Positions 11,001 through 24,724 of a stretch of 64,000 nucleotides of DNA are shown piece after piece. The stretch covers positions 102,548,001 through 102,612,000 of the forward strand of contig NC_091476.1 of assembly GCF_036971445.1 (NCBI RefSeq). The letters run 5' to 3'. Both the position numbers and the translations under genes were made by a program. Below the pieces are notes generated by a model. That model did not search any database. It had not been told where the DNA came from and worked only from the letters and a program-made list of their open reading frames with translations. Each line of letters begins with the position of its first letter. Within the stretch, counting starts at the first letter, position 1. The DNA is from Narcine bancroftii. Its lineage: Eukaryota.

Positions 11001-13059
11001 ATACGTTGACCCCTGGGATGTTGTCTCAGTGCTGTGTTGCTCAAAAATGGCAGAGCAAGTGTGAGCAGCTGAATGATGACTTCCTGGTTTTCTTATCATT
11101 AAAGCACTCTGCTTCTCCATTCGATGGAATCACAGCAAAATCGCTCCTCTTGACTTCACCTCTTTTTGGGCAGAAAGAACACATTAATCCAAGAGAGTGA
11201 TGGGTTTTATGGGTGTGTGTTTCCAGATTTCACTTCGAAATGTCCTGGGCCTTCCAAGAGGCTTATATCCTCTATTCATCAATTCATCCACCAATAACTG
11301 AAGTTTATACTTTCCTTACTAATTTATTTCCCAAACCTTACCCTTATCCAGAACATTACTTAAAAGAGAACATTCCAGGGAACAATATGAAAGAATTCAG
11401 AGACAGGATTTTTAAAAAAATGTACTTAGCTAAACTTACATAAGTTAATGATTTTAATGTGTTTAATAGTTTCCTTTTGGCCTGAACATTTCAGAATGTG
11501 AAACATAAAGCCGTCCAAACTGTGAGACTTGTTTCCTTAAATACTTTAAATCAGTCAAACATTTTCAGCATTTTTTATGCTTAAATCAATCAATAAATTA
11601 TCTGGACTTCACTTATATCCTGTATCCTTCCATACAAGTAATGTTTGACTGATGCACTTCATAGATTAACCAAACTTTGCAAAGCAGCATTGAGTAAAGA
11701 TTTTATTTATAGCCAGTGCCATATTATGATGCCAATCTCTTTTGATCTTTTGCTGGTGGAGCTGGGTAGTGCTAGAGACTTATTAGCTGCCAGATGTTTA
11801 TTCTGATTATGCACTGAAGAAAATGATCAACAGAATTGGGAAGATTCCAACAATCAGCTGGTACAGAGTGATTTCCTGTCAGCACTCAACAGTGTGGCGT
11901 CATTCTTGGTCAAAAGGCTATTCAAGGAAACATGAACTGTGACAGATTACAGACACAGACCCACAGACAAGAAATGAGGTTGAAGGTTTGAAATAATATA
12001 TTTTTTTTTAATAACATATACTGGAAATGTGTTACAGGCTTTAATCAAATCAAAGGGCTTTGAGAAGTGGGGTTGGTGGTGGATTAATAGTTACCAGAAA
12101 TGAGTTACAGAGGGGAAATCTAATTCAAGGAAATTGGTAATCAGGTGTTGGGCCAGGCTATAGCACAAATATCCAGAAAAAGGAGTATACTGTATGATTA
12201 CAGATATTGTTTGCCCTCAACCACTTGCTCCAGAGCTGAGCTTCTTCAGAATCCAGGATGACTTGCTTCCACTCTAGTTTGGTGAATTCCGGAGTGACTG
12301 TGGGACCCACAAACTCTTTGACAGATGGCGCAGAAGGTGCCCCACCAGGCAGGCAGGTGAGGAGTTTGTGAGGTGCTTTACACTGGGATTGTGTGTGTTT
12401 TCATAGCATGGATCTGAAGTTGGAATCACCATCTCAGATGTTCCCTTTCTAATGCTTGGCCTGACCTCAGAAAAATTCTTTTCCTGGTTTAAAAAAAACA
12501 TAGATTCTTTTGGCAGATTGTGATACCAGTTCATCTTTGGGAGGAGGAATTCTGTCTATCCAGATCTTTGTTTCCTAGCCAGCCCAAGGAGTGGTGTGCT
12601 GTAGATGTTTAATCTTCCTGAAATATGAGACCTTTGTGAATCAGTGAAGCCGTAAAAGCAACACTGTTTGGGTGGAGCTAGTTGCCAGGATACTGTGTGC
12701 AAAATACTGCTGATATAGAATAAAGTTAGCTAGATTGGCTGATAGAGTGAGGATACAGTACAGGAACAAACCCTTGACAGGGACAATGATAAAGGCACTG
12801 ATATGGACTATTTTGTGTCCATCTAATAGGAATGAAACAGCTGAGTCTATGTTTAATTCCTCAAAAGTTTGAAGATTTATATCTCTTCACCATGTCAATC
12901 CAAACATCATATTCTATTGGCTCATTGGCCTTATAATGCAAAATACTTACTGTCAGATTGTTAACTTATTCTTTTTCCGTTTTCTTGAACCTGGCTTGTG
13001 TTCTTAGACAATTAACCCCAAAGCACATTATAAATTAACTGGAGTTAAGCAGGAAGCTG

Positions 13060-14636
13060 TGATTGTAGGGCAATATGCAAAAGTGCTAGGGAAACTCAGC
13101 AGATAATACAGGATCTATAGGAAGAAAAGGGTAACCAAAAATGATACAGTAGATGCTGTCGAGTGTCTCCAGCACTTTTGTGTATTGCATTATAAATTCA
13201 CAGACATCATTTTTTTGACTTGTTCTACTTCTACCATTTATCTTACTGTAATAAACTAATAAAAAATTGCTGTATACTTCCTTTGGCATTCCAGCAGAGT
13301 ACTCTCTTAGCACTGCAGACTTCAGCCGGTGCCCCGACCACCCACCCGTCAGACTTCCCGCAGTTTCGGTCGCCAGCTCCAGCCTGGACCACATTGCCCA
13401 CTTACTTGAACTCCCAACTCTTCGATCATTGACTATTGCCTAGGCCCTGGCCACATATCCACGAGGCCTCCCGATGCTTCAGCCGCTGACTACCACTTAG
13501 TGGTCCATGGCTGCCTGCTTACATGAGCTCCCAATGCCTTGGCCATTGTTTCCAACCTGGGCCCCAGCCGCCCGCTTACCTGAGCTCCTGATGCTTCAAT
13601 CTCCAACTACCACCTAGGTTCCAACTGCCCACTTACTGGAGCTCCCTACTATTCCCATACTGACTTTTACGTGGGCCCCAACCACCCTCAGACCAGAGCT
13701 TCCAATGCTGACTCTCACCACATGACTCCCAATGATGTATACGCCTACCATGGCCCTGACCTCGCTGCTGGATCCTACAGGCTCATCCTCCCCACCATCC
13801 CTTACCCTTCCCTATCTCCCTACTCTAGTCCCATCTCCCCTATTGAGTACCCCTCTCCTTCCCAAACCCTAACTCTCAGACCCTCCCATCTCCCCCTTTC
13901 TGTCTAATGACCTCCACCCTCCTCTTCCCCACTCTGATCTCCCCTAGACCCCCACCCCTTGACCTCCCAAAACCCTAACCTCCCCCTGACCTACCACACC
14001 CCCATCTCCCCATATGATATCCCCAATCCTCCACCTCCACCCTCAACTCTTCACTTCCCCTCTGACCTCTTCAACCTTCCATAGCTACTCTTTGACTTAC
14101 CTAACCCTCAACCTCCACCACACTGACTCCCACTCTGACCCCTGCTTAATCTTTACTATCCCCTCTGACTTTCCTCTCTCTGAGACAGAGCACTCAGTCC
14201 TCAGTAGAGGCCTTACCTTTGCCCCTCTTTGCTAAAATGAGTTCTGTGCAAGCCACGATGCCAAACTCTTCTTCCACACCTGTGACTCCCCACCCAAGAC
14301 CCCTTCTCCCACTTAAAGCCCTCTTCCTCCTTTTGGACACCTCATCCTGGGTCATCTGCCCACTCTGGTTTTATTTCCAATTGCCACTGAGACATCAACC
14401 ATCTCAACTTCACCACACCCCTCTCTTATTCTAACCTCACCTCATTCAAACGCTCTGCCCTCCATCCTCTCCGAAACAACCCCAACCTCACCATCAAACC
14501 CACAGACAAGGGTGGTGCTGTTGTAGGCTGGTGCACTGACCTCTACCTCACTGAGGCCAAATGACAGCTCTCAGACACCTCCTCCTACTTACCCCTTCCT
14601 CAGGATCCCACCACAGCTCATCAAGCCACTGTCTCC
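13060..14636 (+). mobile_element. Penelope-like element (PLE), 5' segment with inverted pseudo-LTR hairpin at ~13060-13220
   Basis: C-rich degenerate ORF with FTIPSDFPLSETEHSVLSRGLTF and NLTIKPTDKGGAVV motifs typical of PLE RT N-terminal regions. Continues after the CR1 and L1 insertions. Confidence 0.75.
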
Positions 14637-15289
14637 AAGAAGGCATTTGGAATGTTGGCCTTCATAAATCGGAGTGTTGAATTCAAGAGTAGGGAGGTTA
14701 TGATGAAATTGTACAAGGCATTGGTGAGGCCAAATTTGGAGTACTCTGTACAGTTTTGGTCACCAAATTATAGGAAAGATATAAACAAAATAGAGAGAGT
14801 GCAGAGAAGGTTCACGAGAATGTTGACAGGATTTCAGGGTCTCAGTTACAGGGAAAGGTTGTGCAGACTGGGGCTTTTTTCTCTGGAGCGTAGAAGATTG
14901 AGAGGGGACTTGATAGAGGTGTTTAAGATTTTAAAAGGGACAGACAGAGTAAATGTGGATAGGCTTTTTCAATTAAGAAAGGGGGAGATTCAAACTAGAG
15001 GACATGGTTTAAGATTGAAGGGGGAAAATTATAAGGGAAACATGAGGGGAAATTTCTTTATGCAGAGGGTGGTTGGGATGTGGAATGAGCTTCCAGCAGA
15101 TGTGGTCGAGGTGGGATCATTGGTTACATTTAAGGAAAGACTGGATCGTTACATGGATAGGAGGGGACTAGAGGGGTATGGACCGGGTGCTGGTCAGTGG
15201 GACTAGGAGGGTGGGGATTTGCTACAGCATGGACTAGTAGAGCCGAACTGGCCTGTTCTATGCTGTAAGTGGTTATATGGTTATATGGT
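14637..15289 (+). mobile_element. CR1 LINE, 5'-truncated 3' fragment inserted in the PLE
   Basis: Uninterrupted ORF 14652-15206 (LYKALVRPNLEYSVQFWSP...LERRRLRGDLIEVFKI...RTRGH-like...WNELP) is the CR1 ORF2 C-terminus; 3' tail is (tggttata)n. Confidence 0.92.
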
Positions 15290-15569
15290 ACCATCTCCAA
15301 CCTCATCACCTCTGGTCACCTCCCTCCCATGGTCTCCAACCTCATTGTTTCCTATCCCCACACTGCCCAGTTCTACCTTTTACTCAAGATAAATGAACCT
15401 AATCATCTGTGTAAACCCATTGCTCTTCCCCCCCCCCCACCCCCCCAAGCTAGTTTCCTCTTACCTTGACTTCCCTGGTCCAATCCCTTCCCACCTACAT
15501 CTGTGATACCTCACATGCCCTCCATCTCTTCAATGACTTCTGATTCCCAGAATTGGACCGCCTCTTCTT
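15290..15569 (+). mobile_element. Penelope-like element, middle segment between the CR1 and L1 insertions
   Basis: TISNLITSGHLPPMVSNLIVSYPHTAQFYLLLKINEPN continues the PLE RT reading sense from 14636. Confidence 0.7.
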
Positions 15570-15811
15570 TTTTAAAATTTTTTTTATTTTTCACACTATA
15601 AACCATATTGATCAAGATACATACATTTTCCGTCTTAAATATATACAGTGTCATTTTCTCCCCCCTTCCCTCCTCCCCTCCCTTCCTCCCTACCTCCCCT
15701 CCCATTTATTTAAAATTCAGAATATAAGATACATTAAACCCGTCACTCAATAAAAATAAACAAGAAATTCCACTGAGTCAGTTCTTTTCATTCTCTTCTC
15801 CTTCTGTCATT

Positions 15812-18800
15812 TTATGTGGTAGATGTCCACGGTAGGTTTTCTCTATTATGTTTCATGTATGGCTCCCATATTTGTTCAAATATTGTAATGTTATTTCTTA
15901 AATTATAGGTTATTTTTTCTAATGGAATACATTTATTCATTTCTATATACCATTGTTGTATTCTCAAGTTATCTTCTAATTTCCAGGTTGACATAATACA
16001 TTTTTTTGCTACAGCTAGGGCTATCATAACAAATCTTTTTTGTTCATCATCCAAATCGAGTCCAAATTCTTTGTTTTTTATGTTACTTAGGAGGAATATC
16101 TCTGGGTTTTTTGGTATATTGCTTTTTGTGATTTTATTTAATATCTGGTTTAGATCTTCCCAAAGTTTTTTCACTTTCTCACATGTCCAAATTGCATGAA
16201 TTGTTGTTCGCATTTCCTTTTTACAGCGAAAGCATCTGTCTGATACTGTTGGGTCCCATTTATTTAACTTTTGAGGAGTAATGTATAGCCTGTGTATCGT
16301 TATATTGTATCATACGTAACCTCGTATTTATTGTATTTCTCATAGTTCCTGAGCATAACTTCTCCCATGTTTCATTCTTTATCTTTATGTTTAGATCTTG
16401 TTCCCATTTTTGTTTAGTTTTACCATTTGTTTCCTCATTCTCCTTTTCTTGTAGTTTAATATACATGTTTGTTACAAATATTTTGATTATCATTGTATCT
16501 GTAATCACATATTCAAAATTACTTCCCTCTGGTAACCTCAGACTGCTTCCCAATTTGTCCTTCAAGTAGGATTTCAGTTGGTAGTATGCCAACACTGTAT
16601 CATGAGTTATATTATATTTATCCTTCATTTGTTCAAAGGATAATAATTTATTTCCTGAAAAACAATTTTCTATTCTTTTGATCCCTTTTTTCTCCCATTC
16701 TCTAAAGGAAAGGTTATCTATTGTAAAAGGGATTAGCTGATTTTGTTTTAGTATTAGTTTTGGTAGTTGGTAATTTGTTTTATTCCTTTCTACATGAATC
16801 TTCTTCCAAATGCTGAGCAGATGGTGCAATACTGGAGAATTCCTACGTTGTACCAATTTTTCATCCCATTTATATAATATATGTTCAGGTATCTTCTTCC
16901 CTATTTTATCTAGTTCTAATCTAGTCCAATCTGGCTTTTCCCTTGTTTGATAAAAATCTGATAGGTATCTTAATTGTGTGGCTCTATAATTTTAAAGTTT
17001 GGTAGTTGTAAGCCTCCTTGTTTATACCATTCTGTTAATTTATCTAGTTTTATCCTCGGTTCCCCCCCCCCCCCCTTCCATAAAAATGTCCTTATTATTT
17101 TCTTTAACTCCTTGAAGAATTTCTCTGTTAAGCGTATTGGTAATGCCTGAAATAGGTATTGTATCCTTGGGAAAATGTTCATTTTAATACAGTTTATCCT
17201 TCCTATCAGTGTTAGTGGTAAGTTTTTCCAATGTTCTAAGTCGCCTTGTAATTTTTTCATTAGTGGATAATAATTGAGTTTATATAGAAGGCCGAGGTTT
17301 TTATTTATTTGTATACCTAGGTATCGCATTGCTTGCGTTTGCCATCTGAATGGTGATTCTTTCTTAAATTTTGAGAAATCCACATTATTAATTGGCATTG
17401 CTTCACTTTTATTTGCGTTAATCTTGTACCCTGACATTTCTCCATATTCCTTCAATTTCCTATGTAATTCCTTTATTGATATTTCTGGTTCTGCTAAGTA
17501 TACTATAACGTCATCTGCAAATAAACTGATTTTATATTCCTTGTCTTTTATTTTTATCCCTTTTATTTTAATTTCTGTTCTTATCAGTTCTGCTAGTGGT
17601 TCTATGGCTAATGCGAACAATAAGGGAGATAGTGGGCATCCCTGCCTTGTTGATCTGCTTAAGTTAAATTGTTTTTATATATATTCATTTACTGTCACTT
17701 TCGCCAATGGCCCCTTACATAATGCTTTAATCCAATTAATATATTTCTCTGGTAAGCTGAATTTTTGTAGTACTTTGAATAAATAATTCCATTCTACTCT
17801 GTCAAAGGCCTTCTCTGCATCTAAAGCAACCGCTACTGTTGGAGCTTTATTTCCTTCTACTGCATGAATTAAGTTAATAAATTTACAAATATTGTCTGTT
17901 GTTTGTCTTTTTTTAATAAATCCAGTTTGGTCTAGATTTGCTATTTTTGGTACATAGTCGGGTAATCTGTTTGCTAATAGTTTAGCTATTATCTTATAAT
18001 CTGAGTTAAGTAAAGATATTGGTCTATCTGACGCTGGTGCGAGTGGATCTTTCCCTGTCTTTGGTATTACTGTAATTATTGCTGTTTTGCATGAATCTGG
18101 TAAGCTTTGTGTTTTATCAATCTGGTTGATTACTTCCAGAAGGGGAGGAATTAATAAATATTTAAATGTTTTATAGAATTCTATTGGGAATCCATCCTCT
18201 CCTGGTGTTTTATTATTCGGTAGTTTTTTTATTATCTCTTGTATTTCTTCTATTTCAAATGGTTCTGTTAATTTATTTTGTTCCTCTGTTTGTAATTTCG
18301 CTAGTTCAATTTTAGTTAAAAATTCATCTATTTTGTCTTCTTTCCCTTCGTTTTCAGTTTGATATAATTGTTTGTAGAATTCTCTGAAGTTTTCATTAAT
18401 CTCCATTGTATTATATGTGATTTGCTTGTCTTTTTTCCTTAATGCCAATACCATTCTCTTAGTTTGTTCTGTCTTAAGCTGCCACACTAGTATTTTGTGC
18501 GTTTTTTCTCCTAGTTCATAATATTTTTGTTTTGTCTTCATTATGTTCTTCTCCGCCTTATATGTTTGTAGTGTTTCATATTTTATTTTTTTATCTGCCA
18601 ATTCTCTTCTTTTAGTTGTGTCTTCCTTCATTGCTAATTCTTTTTCTATATTTGCTATTTCCCTTTCCAACTGCTCTGTTTCCTGATTGTAGTTCTTCTT
18701 CATCTTAGCTACATAACTTATTATTTGCCCTCTGATGAACGCTTTCATTGTGTCCCTTAGTATAAACTTATCTTTCACTGATTCCGTATTTATTTCAAAG

Positions 18801-19609
18801 TACATTTTAATTTGTCGTTCAATGAATTCTCTAAAATCCTGCCTTTTAAGTAGCATGGAGTTTAATCTCCATCTATACATTCTTGGAGGGATGTCCTCTA
18901 ACTCTATTGTCAATTTCAGGGGTGAGTGGTCCGATAATAGTCTAGCTTTATATTCCATTTTTCTAACTCTGTCTTGCATGCGAGCTGATAACAGGAATAG
19001 GTCTATTCTTGAGTATGTTTTATGTCTACCCGAATAATATGAATATTCCTTTTCCTTTGGGTGTTGTTTCCTCCATATATCCAAAAGTTGCATTTCTTGC
19101 ATCGATTTAATTATAAATTTGATTACTTTGTTCTTTCTGTTAATTTTTTTTCCAGTTTTATCCATGTTTGAATCCAAATTAAGGTTGAAATCCCTTCCTA
19201 TTAGTATGTTCCCTTGCGTGACTGCTATCTTCAAAAAAATATCTTGCATAAATTTTTGATCTTCTTCGTTAGGTGAATATACATTGAGTAAATTCCACAA
19301 CTCCGAATATATCTGACATTTTATCATTACATATCTCCCTTCTCGATCTATTATTTCCTCTTCTATTTTGATTGGTACATTTTTACTGATTAATATAGCT
19401 ACTCCTCTAGCTTTTGAATTATATGACACTGCTGTTACATGTCCTATCCAATCTCTCTTTAATTTCTTGTGTTCCACTTCAGTTAAGTGTGTTTCTTGTA
19501 CGAATGCTATATCAATTTTTTATTTTTTCAGTAAATTTAGCAGTTTCTTCCTTTTGATTTGGTTATGTATTCCATTAATATTTAAAGTCATATAGTTCAA
19601 CATAGCCAT
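15812..19609 (-). pseudogene. L1 ORF2 (APE endonuclease, RT, C-terminal Cys domain), broken by a stop and frameshifts
   Basis: Starts MAMLNYMTLNINGI at 19609. Motifs QETHL, DFN, SRIDLF, SDHSP (endonuclease); RPISLLNSDYKI, DAEKAFDRV, LFADD (RT). Split over ORFs 17675-19477, 16970-17620, 16260-16856 and 15812-16213. Confidence 0.93.
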
Positions 19610-20053
19610 TTCATACTTTGTTTATCTTTCCTTTCCGTTTCATCTTCATCACCTTTCCTTCTTATCCATTTCTGCTTTCTTTTTTTGAACACATTATAAG
19701 ACAACATTTCTAAAACATAAAACATTTCCCTTATTCTCCTATCTAAAATTCCTTTAACCCCACTATCCCCTCCCCTTCCTGAGTTGCCCTTTGTCCCTTG
19801 TCAGGCAACCACATCTCCCCTCTCCATTTGGATCTGCGAATTCACTCGCAAGTGTCAACAGATTTCACAGTGACCGTAACTCTTCCCCACCCAGCCCCCC
19901 CCAGAAAAGATTTTAATTTTCATATACAACAAAGGTCACTCTCTTAATTCCCCCCATACTTCCTTTCTTCCCCTTCTTAGTTCTTACCTATATTCTATTT
20001 TTTATATATATACATACACACATACATATAGTTTGTGGTCATTTTTGTTCTCG

Positions 20054-21243
20054 TTACATATCTTCCTCTCTCTGTCTGTTTTGTAGCTGTTCTGCAAATT
20101 TTCTTGCTTCCTCCGGATCCAAGAATAGTCTGTTTTGCTGCCCTGGAATAACTATTTTAAGTACCGCTGGATACTTTAGCATAAATTTATTTCCTTTTTT
20201 CCTCTTCTTCAGTTCAAAACTTATATCTGGATAGAAAAAACATTTTTGACCTTTGTATTTCAGTGGTTTTTTGTCTTCTCTTATTTTCCTCATTGCTTTC
20301 TCCAATATATTTTCTCTTGTTGTATATCTTAGGAATTTTACTAGAATGGATCTTGGTTTTTGTTGTGGTTGTGGTTTCGGGGCTAATGTTCCATGTGTCC
20401 TTTCTATTTCCATTTCTTGTAATTCTGGTCTTCCTAGGACCCTGGGGATCCATTCTTTTATAAATTCTCTCATATTCTTGCCTTCTTCATCTTCCTTAAG
20501 GCCCACTATCTTTATATTGTTTCTTCTATTATAATTTTCCATTATATCTATCTTCTGAGCTAAAAGCTCTTGTGTCTCTTTAACTTTTTTATCAGATTCT
20601 TCTAATTACTTTTTTAAGTCATCTACTTCCATTTATACACCTGTTTCTCATTCTTCCACCTTGTCCACTCTTTTTCCTATATCTGACATGATCATCTCTA
20701 ATGTATTCATTTTTTCTTCTGTACTTTTTACTCTTCTTTTTATTTCACTGAACTCTTGTGATTGCCATTCTTTTACTGATTCCATATATTCTTTAAAACA
20801 AATATATCCATGTACTTGCCCTTCCCTTCATCTTCCATTTCTCTGTGTTCTTCCTCTTCTTCTTCTGAGTCCACTCCAGGATCTGTGTCCTTTACCTCTG
20901 TCTCTTCTGGTTTTCTTGTTGGTTTGTTTGTTTTATTTTGTTGGGTATTTTTGGTCTTCTTATTTTTACTAGAAGTGTCTTGATGCTGGTCTTCTTCCTC
21001 TGGGTTGGTCATCTGTTGTTTCTTTGATTTCTTTTTACTCTCTTCTTTCTTGTTCTCGTTATTTTCTGTGTTTTCCTCTTGCTGCTTTGTTGGGGTTGTC
21101 AATTTCAGCTGTGGAGATCGACTCCTCAGCTGGTCCCCCCCTCCCATCAGTGTTATTTTTGTCTTGCGCATCGTGCATGCGCGGTTGCTCACTTTGGTTT
21201 GGCTCCGTGAGCCATTTTTGTAGTCCCGAGTTCGGGGCTTCAA
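20054..21243 (-). pseudogene. L1 ORF1 (Transposase_22-type RNA-binding protein), frameshifted
   Basis: ENYNRRNNIKIVGLKE...EIERTH...KPRSILVKFLRY...FFYPDIS...LKYPAVLKI in ORF 20054-20542; acidic/basic low-complexity N-terminal part in 20773-21243. Confidence 0.88.
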
Positions 21244-21512
21244 CTGACCTTAGGGAGCGGGCTTCTCTGTCCACGGCAGGCCTCCTCGTACAGGTAAGGC
21301 CTTCACCTTCTTCTTCCGACGTCCTTTCTTCTTCTCTTCTTCCCGTTGCTTTTGGCTTTTCTTTTTTCACTGCCATTTTCTCCACACCTTTACTTTCACT
21401 TTATTTTGGTTTTTGTGTTTGTGCCTTTGTTTTTTCACTGTATTTTTTTTACTTTCCGGAGAGGGCTGGTGTTCCCCGACTGGCCACTACTCCATCACGT
21501 GACTCCTCCTAT

Positions 21513-23155
21513 ACTGCCTGTTCTTCATGATGGCTATCCAATCCCTTTATACCTCCATCCCCCATACAGAAGGTCTTAAAGCACCTCACTTCTTTCTGGA
21601 CAAGAGATCTGACCCATCATCCTCTACCACCTTCCTCCACCTGGTTAAACTTGTTCTCACTCTAAACAATTTCTCTTTTGACTCATCTCACTTCCAGGAC
21701 ATCAAAGGAGTAGCCATATGTACCCATATGGGTACATATGGGTCCCAGTTACACCTGCTAGTTTGTGGGCCTTGAGGAGCAATCCATGCTGCAAGCCTAT
21801 TCTGGAAAGGCCTCTCAACCCTTTCTCTGCTACATTGATGACTACATCAGGGCTGTCTCATGCACCCACGATGAGCTTGTCAACTTCATTCACTACACTT
21901 CCAACTTCCACCCCGATCTCAAACTCCCTGGTTCATCTCTAACAACATTCTCCCCTTTCAGGATCTCTGTTTCCATCTTGGGAGATGAGCGTTCCCCTGA
22001 CATATATTGCAAGCCCACCAACTCCCACAACTACCTCAACTAAATTTCCTCACACCCAATCCCCTGCAAGGATTCTAATCCTCTGTTTCTACCACATCTG
22101 TTTCCAAGATGAGGTCTTCCAGTCCAGATCATTTAAAATGTCTGCCTTCTTCCACAAATGTGGCTTCCCCTCCACCCAGTCAGTCTTCACCTGCATCCTG
22201 CTCATCTGTCCTGGCCACCTCTGGCTCTAGACACAACAAACATAGGATTCCCCTTGTCCTTACCTACCAGCCCACCAGCCTCCGCATCCAACACATTATC
22301 CTCCAAATTTCTGGCACTTACAACAGGATCCCACTACTAGACACATCTTCCCCTTTCCTCCCCTCTCTGCCTTCTGAAGGGTCCGCTCCCTCCATAACTC
22401 TCTTGTGCACTCATCGTTCTCCACCAATTCCCCCCACCACCTTCCCCTGTGGCCGCAGAAGGTGCCACACTTGCGCCCACACCTCCTCTCTCACCACAGC
22501 CCAGAGCCCTAAACAGGCCTTTTAAACGAAGCAACTCACATGTGTATCCGCAGGAATGATTTACTGCATCCAGTGCTCCCTTTGTGGACTTCTCTACATC
22601 AAAGAGACTGGGTGCAGATTGGGAGATTGCTTTGCTGAGCATCTTCACTCTGCCTACATCAGTGACAGGGATCTCCCAGTGGCTAACCATTTCAGTTCTA
22701 CACCCCACTCCCATTTCTGTCCATATGTGCCATCCCACCAAGACTACCTGTAAATTGAAGGAATAACACCTGATTTTCTGTCTGGCCACTCTCCAGCTGG
22801 ATGGCATTAACATCAACTTACCCAGTTTCTGCTAATCTACTCTCAATTCTCCCTCCTTTCCCCTTGTCTTCTTTCCCTCAGCTCTGCACTCCTTTCCCTC
22901 TCTATTCACCTCACCATCTCTCATTCCCCTGCTTGCTGGTGTGCTCTCCTTCCCTTCTCCACCTATTACCTCCTGCCTTTGGGACCCTGCTCCTCCACCC
23001 ACCCCTTCCCCCTTACTTTTTTGTTCAGACGTCTGTGACATTTTTCCATACCTTGATGATGGGTTCAAGCCTGAAATGTCAGTGATATATTTTTATCTTT
23101 GCTATATAAAGTACAGTTTGACAAGCTGAGTTTCTCCAGCATTGTGCTTTTACTG
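21513..23155 (+). mobile_element. Penelope-like element, 3' segment (RT, GIY-YIG endonuclease, pseudo-LTR)
   Basis: IQSLYTSIPH, LVLTLNNFSF and YIDDYI (RT); MIYCIQCSLCGLLYIKETGCRLGDCFAEHL (GIY-YIG) at 22556; terminal repeat carries a hammerhead-like core at ~23046-23086. Confidence 0.88.
23046..23086 (+). ncRNA. Degenerate minimal hammerhead ribozyme motif in the PLE pseudo-LTR
   Basis: atacc-TTGATGA-tgggttcaagcct-GAAA-tGTC-agtgat matches the (C/U)UGANGA / stem II / GAAA / GUC layout known for PLE hammerheads. Confidence 0.55.
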
Positions 23156-24724
23156 GACAACTAGTGGGCTGTTACAAGGGATTATAATAATCTCAGCAAG
23201 AGTATCCTGAGGATCAGATAGTGTTCTGCCCATCCCACAGAAAATGCAGAAAAAAAATGTTCTCCATGGTTAGTATGTAAAATGCTATCCTCGGCCAACA
23301 TTAAAGCATGTAATCTTATCATTTATCTCAGCTCTTTTGTGGGACCTCACTGTGTTCCATAGACTGGATATTTCCTTTTGTTAACAAAGAAACAAATCAA
23401 GGTCATTAAGGTAGCTCCTTCTGACTCTACCATGTTCATAGATGCCATCATTGTTTAAGTTATGTTGTTCAGATGTTAGTGCTTCTTCATTGAACATGGG
23501 TTCCTGACATCTCAGATGAGTGCACTTCCCTGGCAGTACCTATGCAACTTGCTTGCACTCCAATTCTAAGGCCTGAGTGGAGCAATTAGTCCCTGAAAGG
23601 GCAAATGGGTGGGTTATTTGGAAGGCTGAATTCTCCTGATATATAAGGCCTCTAGATGGACCCATAGTCAAGAATCAGGGCCTTCCCTTATGTTCCACTG
23701 CCATTTTGAATAGTCATGGGCCTGATAGTCCTGTACTTTGTTGAGGATGTTACTTCTAATTTTTAAGAAAAATAATATTTGAGGTAATCTTTGAAGTGGT
23801 GCTAGCACTTTTGAGATGGAGATCAGAATCCTTGATTTGAGACTTTGGTGTTAACATATAGATGATATGGCCTCTCTACTGGAGTTGGTTGACTGCAATC
23901 AGTACCTCGATAATGCATACATTGGCATGGGAGAGTACATTGATGGTGATTCACCAACTTTCCAATGGACTTGGAGGATTTTTATGGACATTTGTCCAGT
24001 AAACCTAGGTGACATGTGAAACATCCATGCTTCCTTGTATACAAGAAGTGGAGAATCAAATCTGTTTGGTAGGGAAACAGTTTGAGGTCTTGGGCTTTAA
24101 ACACTTTTTAGTTGTGAGTTTGTTGGTCCACTGACAGCAGTGAAGTTTGTCAGTAATATCTACCATCATTTGGATGAATCTTCAGACACATAGAAAGTGA
24201 TCTACCCTTTTCATTGGTCGTGTTTACTGGGCAAGGTGATTAGGTAGAAGCCAGATAGAAAAGCAAGCAAGTTCAGTTTGGTAGAGAACCTTGGTTTATT
24301 GGGGAACCTTCATTAATTGGATCTTTGGTTTCATGCTTATCCTCTTATATTCTTCAGGGAAGGAGTCAGTGATGACTGGGAGCACAGTTTCTGATTATGC
24401 AGGCATAGTCTGCACACTGAAAATCAATAATTGAGAGGGAAAGATCTTAGTTCTAGAGTGGATACAATGAAGATGGAACAGTCTTGGATTGGTCCAATTG
24501 ATTAACTCCACTTTGTTCTCAGTCATTGATGAAAGGTTCCACGAATGTTTATTGGCACCCCACCTTGATGGACTGGTGCTTAGCATTCATTCAAACTCAT
24601 CAGAAGGGCTGAAGGGCCTGTTTCTGTGCTGTAATGTTCTATGGTTCATTACCATAAGCAGAGGATCATTTAACCAAAGGTAGTTACATTGGAAGAGAAC
24701 CCAACAGCAAAACTTTGTTTTAAA

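Larger units (their letters stand above)
15570..21508 (-). mobile_element. Near full-length L1 LINE (~5.9 kb): 5'UTR, ORF1, inter-ORF spacer, ORF2, G-rich 3'UTR, A-rich tail
   Basis: ORF1 and ORF2 homology (see below) and a T-rich tail on + strand at ~15570-15590. Imperfect flanking duplication accgcctcttctt (15557-15569) / actgcctgttctt (21513-21525). Confidence 0.95.

Noticed and set aside
16387-21530. + strand ORFs antisense to L1 (e.g. 17274-17786, 18735-19037, 21024-21530)
   Set aside because: Expected shadows of the A-rich L1 coding strand with no recognisable domains; no evidence for an ORF0-like product.
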